Source: a virus (taxonomy: Duplodnaviria; Caudoviricetes). Taken from it: a stretch of 52,338 nt of DNA. The position numbers and the translations under genes were made by a program. The stretch's first letter is position 1. Each line of letters starts with the position of its first letter. The notes under the pieces were generated by a model. It was not told the DNA's origin. It saw only the letters and a program-made list of their open reading frames with translations, and made no database searches. Of the stretch, positions 1-8,997 are shown one piece after another. The DNA lies in the IMG/VR virus record IMGVR_UViG_3300006638_000005, positions 1 through 52,338 of that record; one strand, 5' to 3'.

Positions 1-1234
1 GTATCTCTGTTACCCACTCGGGCGCGTCGAACCCGACCGACAGGTGCATGTAGTCTTTGTTCTGCATCGGGCGCGCGCCGACATACGACAGATTCAGCGG
101 GAACGGAGCGCCTGCAGGCGGCGTCGGGTCGCCGGGCCAGTTGGTCGCGACGATATCCTGCATGGCGCCGCCCGTAACGGAAGGCGTGAACGTGAATTTG
201 ATACTGCTGCCTGCGAGTGTCGCGGTAGCCACGTGGTTGCCGACGGTCCAGCAGCGGAAGCTCGGGATGCCGCTTATGGAGTTAGTCGCCGCCCATGTAC
301 CGGCAGTGACGGCGCGAAACGAATAAGACCCGTCCGGGCCGGACGTTACGCTTGTGACGCGCACGTACTCGCCGACCGTCGAGTTGTAAAGCAGCATATT
401 GCGCGCTATGCCAGGTACAGGCACGGACGGGACAATGGTACACGCGCCTGAGGTGCCCGCATCGTAAGCGATGGCGGCGATAGTGAACCCGGTAACAGGC
501 TGGAACGCCTGCTCTATGACGACTTCTTCGGAGTCGATCTCGACGAGCGACCCCTGCGTCATCCAGGCGTTAAAGGAGCTGGACGGGTATACGCAGCACA
601 TGCCGGTAGTGCCGGAGTCGTACAGGACAGCGGTAGCGGTAGTGCCCGACGGCACGCGGGTTACAACGGACGCGGCGCTTGTGGTGCCGCCCGCCGAGCT
701 GCCGCCCGACCAGTAGCCGGAAGTGTCTTTGCCGTCTTCGACTATGGAGTAGAGCGGCTTGATGCGGACAGCGGACGGTTCCTGTACAGGTGACGCGATC
801 CCGATGTTGCGCGTGGTGCCGTCCGTTTTGTAGGCGCGCTGCTTCAAGGAATCGTACGCATAAAGAGACGATTCAGGCGACTGGGCCGGGCGGTACGGTA
901 CGAATGCGAGCGGGTTACCGCTGAAGCCGGTGTCCAGTTGCGTCAGTGCGCCGCCCACGCCCGAGTAAAGTTTGGTGCCCGATCCGACAAACCGCGAGAA
1001 GGCCGCGGCTGCTTCGGGCACCAGGTCGTTAAGACGAACGACCGAATGGACCGGGAGGCCCGAAACGGTAGTGGCGAGAGCGGCGGGGCAGGGACGTAGA
1101 GAGAGTGCGCCGGTCAGGAGGTCGGGTTGCAGGTTCAGCAGAAGCGAGCATTTGTCGGCAGGGAGTAAGTCGGGCGGGTGATGGAGGTCCATACCGCTGA
1201 TCGCGAGCTTACCGGGGATTCGCTGGAACGCCAT
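1..1234 (-). CDS. Virion tail protein, possibly podovirus nozzle-like; runs off the left edge
   Basis: Not in the ORF track. Hand translation of the 5' part from ATG 1234 gives MAFQRIPGKLAISGMDLHHPPDLLPADKCSLLLNLQP...; it starts 6 nt after the stop of the upstream adaptor-like gene. Function inferred from position and N-terminus. Confidence 0.6.
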   Translation of the reverse strand, partial: MAFQRIPGKLAISGMDLHHPPDLLPADKCSLLLNLQPDLLTGALSLRPCPAALATTVSGLPVHSVVRLNDLVPEAAAAFSRFVGSGTKLYSGVGGALTQLDTGFSGNPLAFVPYRPAQSPESSLYAYDSLKQRAYKTDGTTRNIGIASPVQEPSAVRIKPLYSIVEDGKDTSGYWSGGSSAGGTTSAASVVTRVPSGTTATAVLYDSGTTGMCCVYPSSSFNAWMTQGSLVEIDSEEVVIEQAFQPVTGFTIAAIAYDAGTSGACTIVPSVPVPGIARNMLLYNSTVGEYVRVTSVTSGPDGSYSFRAVTAGTWAATNSISGIPSFRCWTVGNHVATATLAGSSIKFTFTPSVTGGAMQDIVATNWPGDPTPPAGAPFPLNLSYVGARPMQNKDYMHLSVGFDAPEWVTEI

Positions 1235-1240
1235 GTCAGC

Positions 1241-2617
1241 TTACATTCTAACGACTTCGATACCGCTGCGCGATGCGTTCTGCTCCATCCGGTCGCGCCA
1301 GAAGCTTACGGCGCTCAGTCTGCTGTTCTGAGCCTTAGCCGACGCGATCAGGTTCTGGTACTGGCGCGTCGTACCCTCAAATTCGGCCCCGCCCATCTGG
1401 AACGACGCGATATGCTGCGCGTAGTCGAGCACCGGGTCCAGTTGGTCGCGCGACACCTGAATCCAGGTAGCCGCACCGGTCGGGTCCGCGACACCCGGTA
1501 CAGGCGCGTTCGCTACGCTCCACAGCACCACAGGGTAGTTGTTGCCGGGGTTGCCGCCCGCAGTGCCGTCGTCAGGTACCTGACCAATACACGCAAGATG
1601 CCGCCCGGCCATGCCGACAAACGATGGTTGCCCGGTCGTCTGCTGCCAGTCCGGCTGGTAAAAGTCCATGTCGAACACGGAGCCGACGCCGCAACTATAC
1701 CCAGCGATCTCCGCTGTGAGCACGGACGGGTACAGACGCGCGATCTGCACGTACTCCTGATAACGCTGCTCCGCGTAGGCGGCGCGTGCGTAGTCGCGCG
1801 ACGGGCCGTCCGTGCCGCATAAGTCAGCTATAACGCCCCACTTGACAGCGGCGGACACGTCGTCGGAGATCCCGAGCACGACCGGCGCCTGCGGGTTCAG
1901 GCTGACCTGCGGCCCGGCCTGTACCGTGATCAGGTCGAGCGTGTAATCGTTGGCTGGCGGCGGGTCCAACCTGATCTGGAGCGGCGGCGTCCCGAACACA
2001 CTGTACGTAAGCGGCTGCTGCGGCGTGAAGCCGCCACCGGGGTCGTAAGCCTGATTGCCCCATTCGTCCATGCGGCCAAGAGGGTACGCGGGTAAGGGTG
2101 GTGACGCGCCGGCTACAGGCAGTGGCATGTAAGCGCAACGGCGCACGTCGGTGACGGCATCGGGTACCGTCACGAGCGGTTCGGGAGGATCGGACCCGTT
2201 GATTGTAGTCTGTACAACGTGACGCCCGGATTCGCCGATAAACCGGTTCAGACGGTTCTGGAGCGACACCTGCAATTGCGCGAACGTGAACTGGCCGGTA
2301 CCGATCCACCCGGACCCGGTGCCGGTAAGCGGCGGTTCGAGCAGCGCCGCGAGTACGTTTTGCGCTACTTCGACATCAGTCGCAACGTCAAGTAGAGTAG
2401 CAGAAGCAAGGCCAAGCGGGTAGTAGACGACATTGGGGCGTGTGTTAAAGGTGACTTTGGCTTTGAAGGAACCGGTTAAGGCCTGGAAGAGACGAACGGA
2501 TTCGACGACACAGTTCAGGAGTTGCGAGGGTTGGTTGAAGTAGACGAGTCCGGAGTCCTGCAAACGTCCGGCAAGTGCGGAGGCGGCACCCGCGAAGGTC
2601 GTATATGCGTACGGCAC
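1241..2617 (-). CDS. Head-tail adaptor-like virion protein (458 aa)
   Basis: Lies between capsid and tail genes; helical TFAxxxxxLxxRL-like segments occur twice; C-terminal LDYAQHIASFQMGGAEF. Confidence 0.5.
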   Translation of the reverse strand: MPYAYTTFAGAASALAGRLQDSGLVYFNQPSQLLNCVVESVRLFQALTGSFKAKVTFNTRPNVVYYPLGLASATLLDVATDVEVAQNVLAALLEPPLTGTGSGWIGTGQFTFAQLQVSLQNRLNRFIGESGRHVVQTTINGSDPPEPLVTVPDAVTDVRRCAYMPLPVAGASPPLPAYPLGRMDEWGNQAYDPGGGFTPQQPLTYSVFGTPPLQIRLDPPPANDYTLDLITVQAGPQVSLNPQAPVVLGISDDVSAAVKWGVIADLCGTDGPSRDYARAAYAEQRYQEYVQIARLYPSVLTAEIAGYSCGVGSVFDMDFYQPDWQQTTGQPSFVGMAGRHLACIGQVPDDGTAGGNPGNNYPVVLWSVANAPVPGVADPTGAATWIQVSRDQLDPVLDYAQHIASFQMGGAEFEGTTRQYQNLIASAKAQNSRLSAVSFWRDRMEQNASRSGIEVVRM

Positions 2618-2629
2618 CGCCTATCCTGT

Positions 2630-2833
2630 TTAAAAGGGCTTGATTACCTTACCACCGGTCTGCGCGGACCTGACACGCGCGGCACCGGTCTTGATGTCAC
2701 CGCGCATCGTGTTCGCGGCAATCGCAGGCTTCAGGTTCACCTTCATGCCCTTGTGCGAGTTCTCGGAAGCGGCCATGGGGGACCGGAGACCACCAAAGGT
2801 GCTGCTGCCGCCGTTCTTTGCGATTTGAGGCAT
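2630..2833 (-). CDS. Small basic protein (67 aa), paralog of 2959..3153
   Basis: RBS AAGGAGACTA, the same string as before the major capsid gene; shared MPxIxKxGGxxxxGGxRSPMAxS motif. Confidence 0.75.
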   Translation of the reverse strand: MPQIAKNGGSSTFGGLRSPMAASENSHKGMKVNLKPAIAANTMRGDIKTGAARVRSAQTGGKVIKPF

Positions 2834-2842
2834 ATAGTCTCC

Positions 2843-2959
2843 TTAAAGATTACCGGTCAACCACAAGATAGGGATGGCTATTGCCATTGTAACGGCAACG
2901 GCAGCAGGTACAACAACGACAAATTCCAGTATCAATTCTTTAAACTCTTCCCAGTCCAT
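2843..2959 (-). CDS. 38-aa single-pass membrane peptide MDWEEFKELILEFVVVVPAAVAVTMAIAIPILWLTGNL
   Basis: Hand translation; AAGGAG RBS; TAATG coupling to the upstream gene; fills the gap exactly. Confidence 0.65.
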   Translation of the reverse strand: MDWEEFKELILEFVVVVPAAVAVTMAIAIPILWLTGNL

Positions 2960-3153
2960 TACACGTTCTCCTTTGCAGGGCGCGGCGACTTGATCGTGCT
3001 GCCCGACGCCGCCGACTTGTGGCTGGTCGCGTTGTCGATGCCGCGACGGTACATGTCGGTCCTGGACCCTACCAGACCGTGACCGGACGTTGCCATGGGG
3101 GACCGGACGCCGCCGATCATACCCGCGCCACCCTTCTTTGTGATTCGAGGCAT
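2959..3153 (-). CDS. Small basic protein (64 aa), paralog of 2630..2833
   Basis: AAAGGAG RBS; shared N-terminal motif. Confidence 0.75.
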   Translation of the reverse strand: MPRITKKGGAGMIGGVRSPMATSGHGLVGSRTDMYRRGIDNATSHKSAASGSTIKSPRPAKENV

Positions 3154-3184
3154 GAGTGATAAATGCTCCTTTCGATACTATACA

Positions 3185-4261
3185 CTACACTGGCGGCAGG
3201 ATCGAACTGAGATCGTGCGATTGCAGGAACTCGCCGCCCAGCGGAAAGCTGTACCCGCCGTTATAAACAAAAGGCTTCGGACTCGGCATGATCTCGTCGT
3301 CTTCCTTAATGCACTGGATCAGAGACAGCTTCCGCTCGCGCTCCATCTCGCCGCAATACTGTACCCAGTTGACACCCGACAGGTCCTTGAACCGCGTCGC
3401 GTTCGCCATCGCCCACTGGCCGGCGAACACCTTTGCCTGAAACGTGACAGCGTCGTCGAGCGCATACGACACTTGAGGCAGTTGCGTCGTCATGGTCAGG
3501 AGCGGACCTTTCGACACGTAGTTCGCCTGATACGTCGCCGGGTTCACCGGGTTCGGATACAGCTCGTACACGGGCTGCCCGAGCGAGTTGTGACCGTAGT
3601 ACGCCAGAATATACGCGTCACCCTGACCGCCGCGCTGCGGATCGATACGATTCAGCTCCTCCTGTGAGAAGTAGAGTTGCTTGCCGGTTATCGCGTACCC
3701 GTCGATCAGGTTCACGAGCGACAGGTAACGAGCAAACTGGCCGTCGTTGCCTGTTGACGTGACAGGTAAGAAAGGTGCCGCATAGTAGCACTTCAGCACC
3801 TGATAGTTGGCTCCGGTCGCCGACTGTTGCCCGTATGGCGCGTCGATGGTCATATTGCCCGCACCGTCCCACGCGACGATAGTGTAGTTCGGGCCTACAG
3901 GCGCGCTCAGACCGGTCGAGGACGTGCCGAGCCTGATCTGGTAGCCGACGCCAAGGACAGGTGACGCGAGCGGCGGGTTACCGAATGCAACCGTGTTAAG
4001 CGCGGCGGTCGCGGCTGCGTTCATTACAACCGCCGTGCTGTTGAAGGTGACGCTACAGGTACCGACGCTGATTACGGCGGGTACAAAAATCTGCCCGTTG
4101 CTTATGATCTGCCACGACCACATACGGTAGTCGTTGATGCGCTTCCAGGCGCGGTTGATAAGGCGTCCGGCCTGCGGGTCAGGTAAGGAAGCGATCTCGC
4201 CGGTCAGTTCCTTATAGAGCTGCTGGAACGTCAGGAGCGACCAGGAAGAAGTTTCAGCCAT
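3185..4261 (-). CDS. Head-tail adaptor / tail tubular protein A-like (358 aa)
   Basis: N-terminal TFQQL...LINRAWKRI...WSW pattern typical of podoviral adaptors; downstream of capsid genes. Confidence 0.55.
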   Translation of the reverse strand: MAETSSWSLLTFQQLYKELTGEIASLPDPQAGRLINRAWKRINDYRMWSWQIISNGQIFVPAVISVGTCSVTFNSTAVVMNAAATAALNTVAFGNPPLASPVLGVGYQIRLGTSSTGLSAPVGPNYTIVAWDGAGNMTIDAPYGQQSATGANYQVLKCYYAAPFLPVTSTGNDGQFARYLSLVNLIDGYAITGKQLYFSQEELNRIDPQRGGQGDAYILAYYGHNSLGQPVYELYPNPVNPATYQANYVSKGPLLTMTTQLPQVSYALDDAVTFQAKVFAGQWAMANATRFKDLSGVNWVQYCGEMERERKLSLIQCIKEDDEIMPSPKPFVYNGGYSFPLGGEFLQSHDLSSILPPV

Positions 4262-4276
4262 GGAGGCCGCCGCCGC

Positions 4277-4663
4277 TTAAGTGGCGAATCCGAAACAGAG
4301 CAGCCGAACCACTTCACCGGAAAGGTTGACAGCCGCCGCTACTTCAGCGCCGGTAGCCGCTACCGACCAGCGCAGAATCCATGTCTGGTTACCTGAACCC
4401 TGTGCGTATGCGCCAGCTTGAAACGCATCGACAGTGTAGGTGCCGCTGGTAGAGCCCGCAACGGATATGATCCCTTCGGGTGTGGTGCCAGGGCCGAGCT
4501 GTAACGTGATACCGGTCAGCGCCTGACCGCCCGTGGGAGCAGCAGGAGCGGCGCTGTTGACTACTTGCGTGTAACTGGCGGGTCCGGCGACTTCCACCAA
4601 TGTGTAAGGCCGGTCTCCCCACGCACCGTTACGCGGGGAATCGGCGAATTGTGTCAGTGCCAT
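4277..4663 (-). CDS. Putative virion structural protein (128 aa)
   Basis: Ala/Gly/Thr-rich, in the head operon. Confidence 0.5.
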   Translation of the reverse strand: MALTQFADSPRNGAWGDRPYTLVEVAGPASYTQVVNSAAPAAPTGGQALTGITLQLGPGTTPEGIISVAGSTSGTYTVDAFQAGAYAQGSGNQTWILRWSVAATGAEVAAAVNLSGEVVRLLCFGFAT

Positions 4664-4669
4664 AGTCGT

Positions 4670-5347
4670 TTACGCTCCAGGATAATACTGCGGCCCGCCG
4701 ATACCAAGGAACACAGGCGAGATCGCGCCGACAACAGGAGGCCGATACCATGCGCGGCCAAGGACCTGCTTCAGGATACCGGCAGTAATCGTGTCCTGAG
4801 ACGCCGCGCTATCCGCGTAGATACCAGGTGTCGCGTCTACGTACACGAGGTCGGCCACTTGCGGCGAGAAGTTGTTGAGCGCACCGGACTTGAATTTGAC
4901 TTCGGCAATACCGGCAATCTGAAAGAACCAGTAGTTGCCTTTGGCCGTGTTCGCAAGCGCGATACCGAGGATCTGTCCCTGCGGCGCAGTGGTGCCGTCT
5001 GGTGTGATCCAGAAGTTTCCGCCCTGAAGGTCGCCGACGCCGGGAACCGCGAATCCAACCTGACCCTGCACGAACGCAGCGGCGGTAGAGTTCGGGTACG
5101 CCTGAAGATACTGGTAGTCGCCTGCGAACAGCAGCGGCCCGTTAATCGGGTCCGATAGTGCAGCAGCCTGAACTTCCCCCAGCGTCAGGATGCCGCCGAC
5201 CATGCCGCCATACGACTGCACGATGGAACCGGACACCTGCGACGTGGACACGAGCACGCCGGGCGCGGGGTCGCCCGCGTAACTTGCCGTGTTCAGGTAA
5301 CGCTGCGTGATAATTGGAGACTGATAAGCGCCTTTGTATGCCGGCAT
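4670..5347 (-). CDS. Putative capsid decoration/cement protein (225 aa)
   Basis: Immediately downstream of the major capsid gene; GNYWFFQIAG motif; AAGGAG RBS. Confidence 0.5.
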   Translation of the reverse strand: MPAYKGAYQSPIITQRYLNTASYAGDPAPGVLVSTSQVSGSIVQSYGGMVGGILTLGEVQAAALSDPINGPLLFAGDYQYLQAYPNSTAAAFVQGQVGFAVPGVGDLQGGNFWITPDGTTAPQGQILGIALANTAKGNYWFFQIAGIAEVKFKSGALNNFSPQVADLVYVDATPGIYADSAASQDTITAGILKQVLGRAWYRPPVVGAISPVFLGIGGPQYYPGA

Positions 5348-5372
5348 AAGTAAACTCCTTCGTTACCTGTTT

Positions 5373-6569
5373 TTAGCTGCCCCAACCGTATCCCTGAACT
5401 CCGGTCCACGGCGCCACGTCTTCCACGTTCACCGCGGCCTTCAATTGGCTCGCGACGCGTGTGTTGTCCGGGGCGCGTATGAAGTCGGTAGGCATGAAGC
5501 CGAACTCCGACGACGCGCTCAACCTGAAGGCGATCCGCGACATGTTGAACATGCAGCCGACTTCGCCGACCGTGATGTTCGTATTGACCGGGAAGTTGCT
5601 CAACGTAGTCGGCGGCGTCACAAACGTTCCGGTCAGGTTGCTGCCGCCCGGATTGTTGGTCTTGCCGTACGCCGTAAAGCTGCTGGGGAAGTAGTCGTCC
5701 ACCATCACGATTAAGTTCTTGAACCGGAACCCCATCGCGCCGAAGAACGGGTCGCGAACCGACGAACCCTCTTGTCCAAATCGCTGCTGCTGCTGAATGC
5801 GGTTCTCGACGAAGTTGTTGAGCGGCTTGTTCATCGTGAACAGGTCGGGCTCGTCCTGGCCGCGTTTGGCTGTGATGTACATCGCGTTGATCTGCGCGTA
5901 CTGGATCGTGCCGACCGCGCCGGATGTCTGTCCGCCCCAGTAAGTGTTGCCGTTCAGGGCCGCGCCGATAGCGCCGTTCCGTTGAGCGGTGCCGTACGTG
6001 GTATACACGTTGCCGTCGTAGCTGGGGTCCACGCCGTTGTTCAGGAACTCGACCCAGCCATTCATGTTGATGGTGCGCGGCGCGATCTGACCGTTCTGTT
6101 GCAGGTCGAGCGCCATGATCGTGGACATGGTGAGGTAAGCGTTAGCCATGTCCGTTTCGAGCAGCGAGAAGACCGCGAGGTCGCCGGTGTTAAGGACCGA
6201 AATGTCTTCAAGGTACTCGATAACCATCACGACGTAGTAGCGAGGGTCGAACACGTTTGAGCTGATGGTCAGTGGCTTCGTCAGGTTAAACCCGCCGATG
6301 CCCTTGGCGTAAGCGCCGCCGTTCAGCGGCCCGTATAGTTGCAGGTTGCGCATGAATGCGCCGCCTTCGAACGGGACGAGACACTTGGAGCGCAGGTGAG
6401 CCTGGAAGACGGAGGACAGGAAAAATTCGTCCTCAATAGCATCCTGATTGACCTCGGGAAGCGTGGTCTCGTTAATCGGGTCCAGGAGCGGATCGGCGGC
6501 ACCGCGAATGGTCCCGTGGACCGCGAGCCACGCGATCAGTTGTTCATGTGTATAACGCGTCCGCATCAA
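5373..6569 (-). CDS. Major capsid protein (about 398 aa)
   Basis: Size, position after the scaffold gene, strong RBS, and capsid-like segments (DEPDLFTMN, MGFRFKNLIVMVDDY). Confidence 0.8.
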   Translation of the reverse strand: MMRTRYTHEQLIAWLAVHGTIRGAADPLLDPINETTLPEVNQDAIEDEFFLSSVFQAHLRSKCLVPFEGGAFMRNLQLYGPLNGGAYAKGIGGFNLTKPLTISSNVFDPRYYVVMVIEYLEDISVLNTGDLAVFSLLETDMANAYLTMSTIMALDLQQNGQIAPRTINMNGWVEFLNNGVDPSYDGNVYTTYGTAQRNGAIGAALNGNTYWGGQTSGAVGTIQYAQINAMYITAKRGQDEPDLFTMNKPLNNFVENRIQQQQRFGQEGSSVRDPFFGAMGFRFKNLIVMVDDYFPSSFTAYGKTNNPGGSNLTGTFVTPPTTLSNFPVNTNITVGEVGCMFNMSRIAFRLSASSEFGFMPTDFIRAPDNTRVASQLKAAVNVEDVAPWTGVQGYGWGS

Positions 6570-6578
6570 TAGTCTCCT

Positions 6579-7616
6579 TTAAGCTGCTTTTGTACCGCGC
6601 GATGCAAGGAACTTCGCCGCCGCCCGCTGCGCCCCGGTCGGGCCGCGATCACCGGTCTGCCTGACATGCTCACCCGGCTTGACACTCAAACTCGGGACCC
6701 CGCCGTGATCCGCAATAGCGGGCTTCTGCGGGTCCATGTCGAAAGTGCGGAACTGTGTTTTGAAAGCGCCGCTGATGCCGGGTCCGGTACCAAGGTCGGG
6801 TTGGTCGCGCTGACCGGTGACAACGTTGAGCGCGTCTTTCGAGCGCTTCTCCGCGTCCACCTTTTCGCGTTCCGACTCCCATCCGGCCTTCATAGCTTCG
6901 TCGCGCTTCTTCATGCGCAGGCCGGTGTCGCCGACAATCTCATACTTCTTTTCCCACACGTCGCGCAGCGACCCTTCGCCGGCGCGCGCCGACTTCAAGA
7001 TATCCTGCTGTTCGGCGAACGTCAGGTTCTTGCCGGTCAACTCGAAGTGTTCGCGTCCAATGTCGTTCCAGATAATAGGGAGCGACGCCATGGAGCCGAG
7101 TTCGGGGATCAGGGTCTTCGTAAACTTCTCTTCGACCTCTTTGGTGATGTCGGCGCGAAGAGTGGCGAGGCGTGTTTCGAGATCGTCGGTCGAGTCCACA
7201 ACCTTGCCTTTCTTGGCTGTCTCGATCAGGTCGGACATACCGGGCAGGTCGTCGTCGGTCAGCTCGTACTTTTCCTTGAGGATCGTGAACAGTTCCTTGG
7301 CGCGCGCGGTCGAGACCCGGTGCGTCGCAAGGTCTTTCATGATCTGCGCCTTTTCGGTGTCGGCGGCCTGAAGCTGCGTGCGGGTGGCGGCGAGTTGCTT
7401 TTCGAGGTCGGCGGATTTGGTACCAAGCTCTTTCTCTTTCGCGCTCAACGCCTGCGTTTTTTGCGTGTAATCGGCGGTGCGCGTGAAACCGCCAACGAAC
7501 CGGGTGGCCAGCGCCTCGTTCTTCGCGTACCGATCGCGCAGGAAGGTTGCCATTTCCGCGTCGTCGCCCGCCGCTTCCGCGATACAGCTTTCGAGAAGTG
7601 CCTTGTCTATTGCCAT
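6579..7616 (-). CDS. Capsid scaffolding protein (345 aa)
   Basis: RTADYTQKTQAL motif, coiled-coil charged sequence, directly upstream of the capsid gene. Confidence 0.7.
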   Translation of the reverse strand: MAIDKALLESCIAEAAGDDAEMATFLRDRYAKNEALATRFVGGFTRTADYTQKTQALSAKEKELGTKSADLEKQLAATRTQLQAADTEKAQIMKDLATHRVSTARAKELFTILKEKYELTDDDLPGMSDLIETAKKGKVVDSTDDLETRLATLRADITKEVEEKFTKTLIPELGSMASLPIIWNDIGREHFELTGKNLTFAEQQDILKSARAGEGSLRDVWEKKYEIVGDTGLRMKKRDEAMKAGWESEREKVDAEKRSKDALNVVTGQRDQPDLGTGPGISGAFKTQFRTFDMDPQKPAIADHGGVPSLSVKPGEHVRQTGDRGPTGAQRAAAKFLASRGTKAA

Positions 7617-7743
7617 TGTGTTTTCCTTTCAGTCGCCCGGATCGTACCCGGTCGGTTGCTGAGTAGTGCAAATGCAAAGAAATGTTGTGCCCCGCCGCCT
7701 GCGTTTCCGGATTGTCGCGTTCGCTTATCCATACAGTCGCCTG

Positions 7744-8112
7744 TCACGCTAAAGTGTTGGGCTTCGGCGGTTCGGCCATGCCGGGGCTGGACACAATCGA
7801 CCTTTGTGCGCTGCGGATCGCTTCCGACGCGGCCCGTAAGGCTTTGGATGCCGTGGGGTAAGACTGCCCCATTTCGAGAAGCTGCGCTTCTATCGCCCGG
7901 AGCCCCTGAATGTCACCTTTGAGCTTCGCGTCGGCGGGGCTGGCGCCGTTACCGCCAGGTTGTCCGCCCTCCGCGCCCGAGCTGTCGGGAGAACCGCTGC
8001 CGGGAATACGTCCCGACGAGTTGGACCCGTCATCCTGCCCTTGAGCGGATGGAGCGTTCATGCCCGCGAGCATCGAGGGGGAGGCCGAAGCGGGAGAGTT
8101 GAGTTCAGGCAT
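7744..8112 (-). CDS. Hypothetical head-module protein (122 aa)
   Basis: Low-complexity Gly/Ser N-terminal half followed by two predicted helices. Confidence 0.6.
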   Translation of the reverse strand: MPELNSPASASPSMLAGMNAPSAQGQDDGSNSSGRIPGSGSPDSSGAEGGQPGGNGASPADAKLKGDIQGLRAIEAQLLEMGQSYPTASKALRAASEAIRSAQRSIVSSPGMAEPPKPNTLA

Positions 8113-8218
8113 CGCAAGTAAACGTTGACGTTATACAAAGGGCCAGAGTTAAAGTTAAGGCTGAGCGTGATGGAGTCGAATCACCACGTCCAGCCTTGTC
8201 CCGAAGCGGCAGACAATA

Positions 8219-8263
8219 CTACCGCTTCTTCATTCGGCGCATGCCACGGCGTTTCTTTGCCAT
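8219..8263 (-). CDS. 14-aa basic micropeptide MAKKRRGMRRMKKR
   Basis: Hand translation; similar to the adjacent peptide; no clear RBS of its own. Confidence 0.45.
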   Translation of the reverse strand: MAKKRRGMRRMKKR

Positions 8264-8278
8264 AACGATGCGACGCAG

Positions 8279-8341
8279 TTACCGCTTTTTGTGGCGCTTG
8301 CGCCCGCCGCGTTTGTTCGCGACGAATCGTTCGGTAAACAT
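8279..8341 (-). CDS. 20-aa basic micropeptide MFTERFVANKRGGRKRHKKR
   Basis: Hand translation; strong GAAGGAG RBS 8 nt before the ATG. Confidence 0.65.
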   Translation of the reverse strand: MFTERFVANKRGGRKRHKKR

Positions 8342-8437
8342 TGCGTCTACTCCTTCCCCGACCGTCCCGGATTGGAGTCCGGCTATCGGTACTAAGATAC
8401 GGGCGGCCACTTTAGCCTTAAACGCGCCCTGAAACGC

Positions 8438-8480
8438 AAAAAGGCCCGGCAACAGAGGGTGAGGTCTGTTGCCGGGCCTT
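8438..8480 (-). terminator. Intrinsic terminator/attenuator
   Basis: Perfect 16-bp inverted repeat (8441-8456 / 8465-8480) with an 8-nt loop, ending in TTTTTGCGTTT on the minus strand. Confidence 0.8.
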
Positions 8481-8554
8481 CAGCTTTTCGAATCCGGAGG
8501 AATCCGAAGCGTCCGGGGAACGTCTCGTGCCGCGATGAACGTCCTTCAGAGAAG

Positions 8555-8583
8555 AGAATACAGGTAGAGTGGCAGAATGTCAA
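8555..8583 (-). promoter_or_regulatory. Sigma70-type promoter facing the capsid operon
   Basis: TTGACA-N17-TATTCT in an intergenic region. Confidence 0.75.
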
Positions 8584-8589
8584 ATAATA

Positions 8590-8946
8590 CTATTGGTATT
8601 CGATATGGAAAGTGCCGCCGCCAACCATCAGCACCTGAAGGTCGCCGACAGGCGAATGAGCGCCGGGGAAGCCGGAACGGTAGGTTCTGGAGGACCCGCC
8701 CGCCGGGAGATTATAACCATAATTGGTGCTGGACAGCGCACCACCCAGTGCGCTCTGCCGCCCTACGTACAGCGCGCCGGAAGCATCCGATTGCAGGTTG
8801 ACTTCATATCCGGCCCCTGCTGCGTTATGGTCCAGTTGCGCCTGTACGAGCGCCAGGAGTTGATGCGGTAAGGAGTCGGACAACGTGATTGTACCGGCTA
8901 CATAGCCGGAAGGCATAAGAGGAAAGCCGGTTGCAGATGCGCCCAT
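8590..8946 (-). CDS. Hypothetical, probably structural beta-rich protein (118 aa)
   Basis: ORF track; composition resembles small virion proteins. Confidence 0.55.
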   Translation of the reverse strand: MGASATGFPLMPSGYVAGTITLSDSLPHQLLALVQAQLDHNAAGAGYEVNLQSDASGALYVGRQSALGGALSSTNYGYNLPAGGSSRTYRSGFPGAHSPVGDLQVLMVGGGTFHIEYQ

Positions 8947-8997
8947 GCCGATATACTACACCAAGAGGCCGTAACTATGTGCGGCCCGGCCAGAGCG

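Noticed and set aside
6666-7922. Long opposite-strand ORFs (also 18131..19519 and 24647..25840)
   Set aside because: Shadow frames of real genes in GC-rich DNA; no motifs or RBS.
8150-8220. tRNA gene
   Set aside because: Only a T-loop-like hairpin; no D arm, anticodon arm or CCA end.
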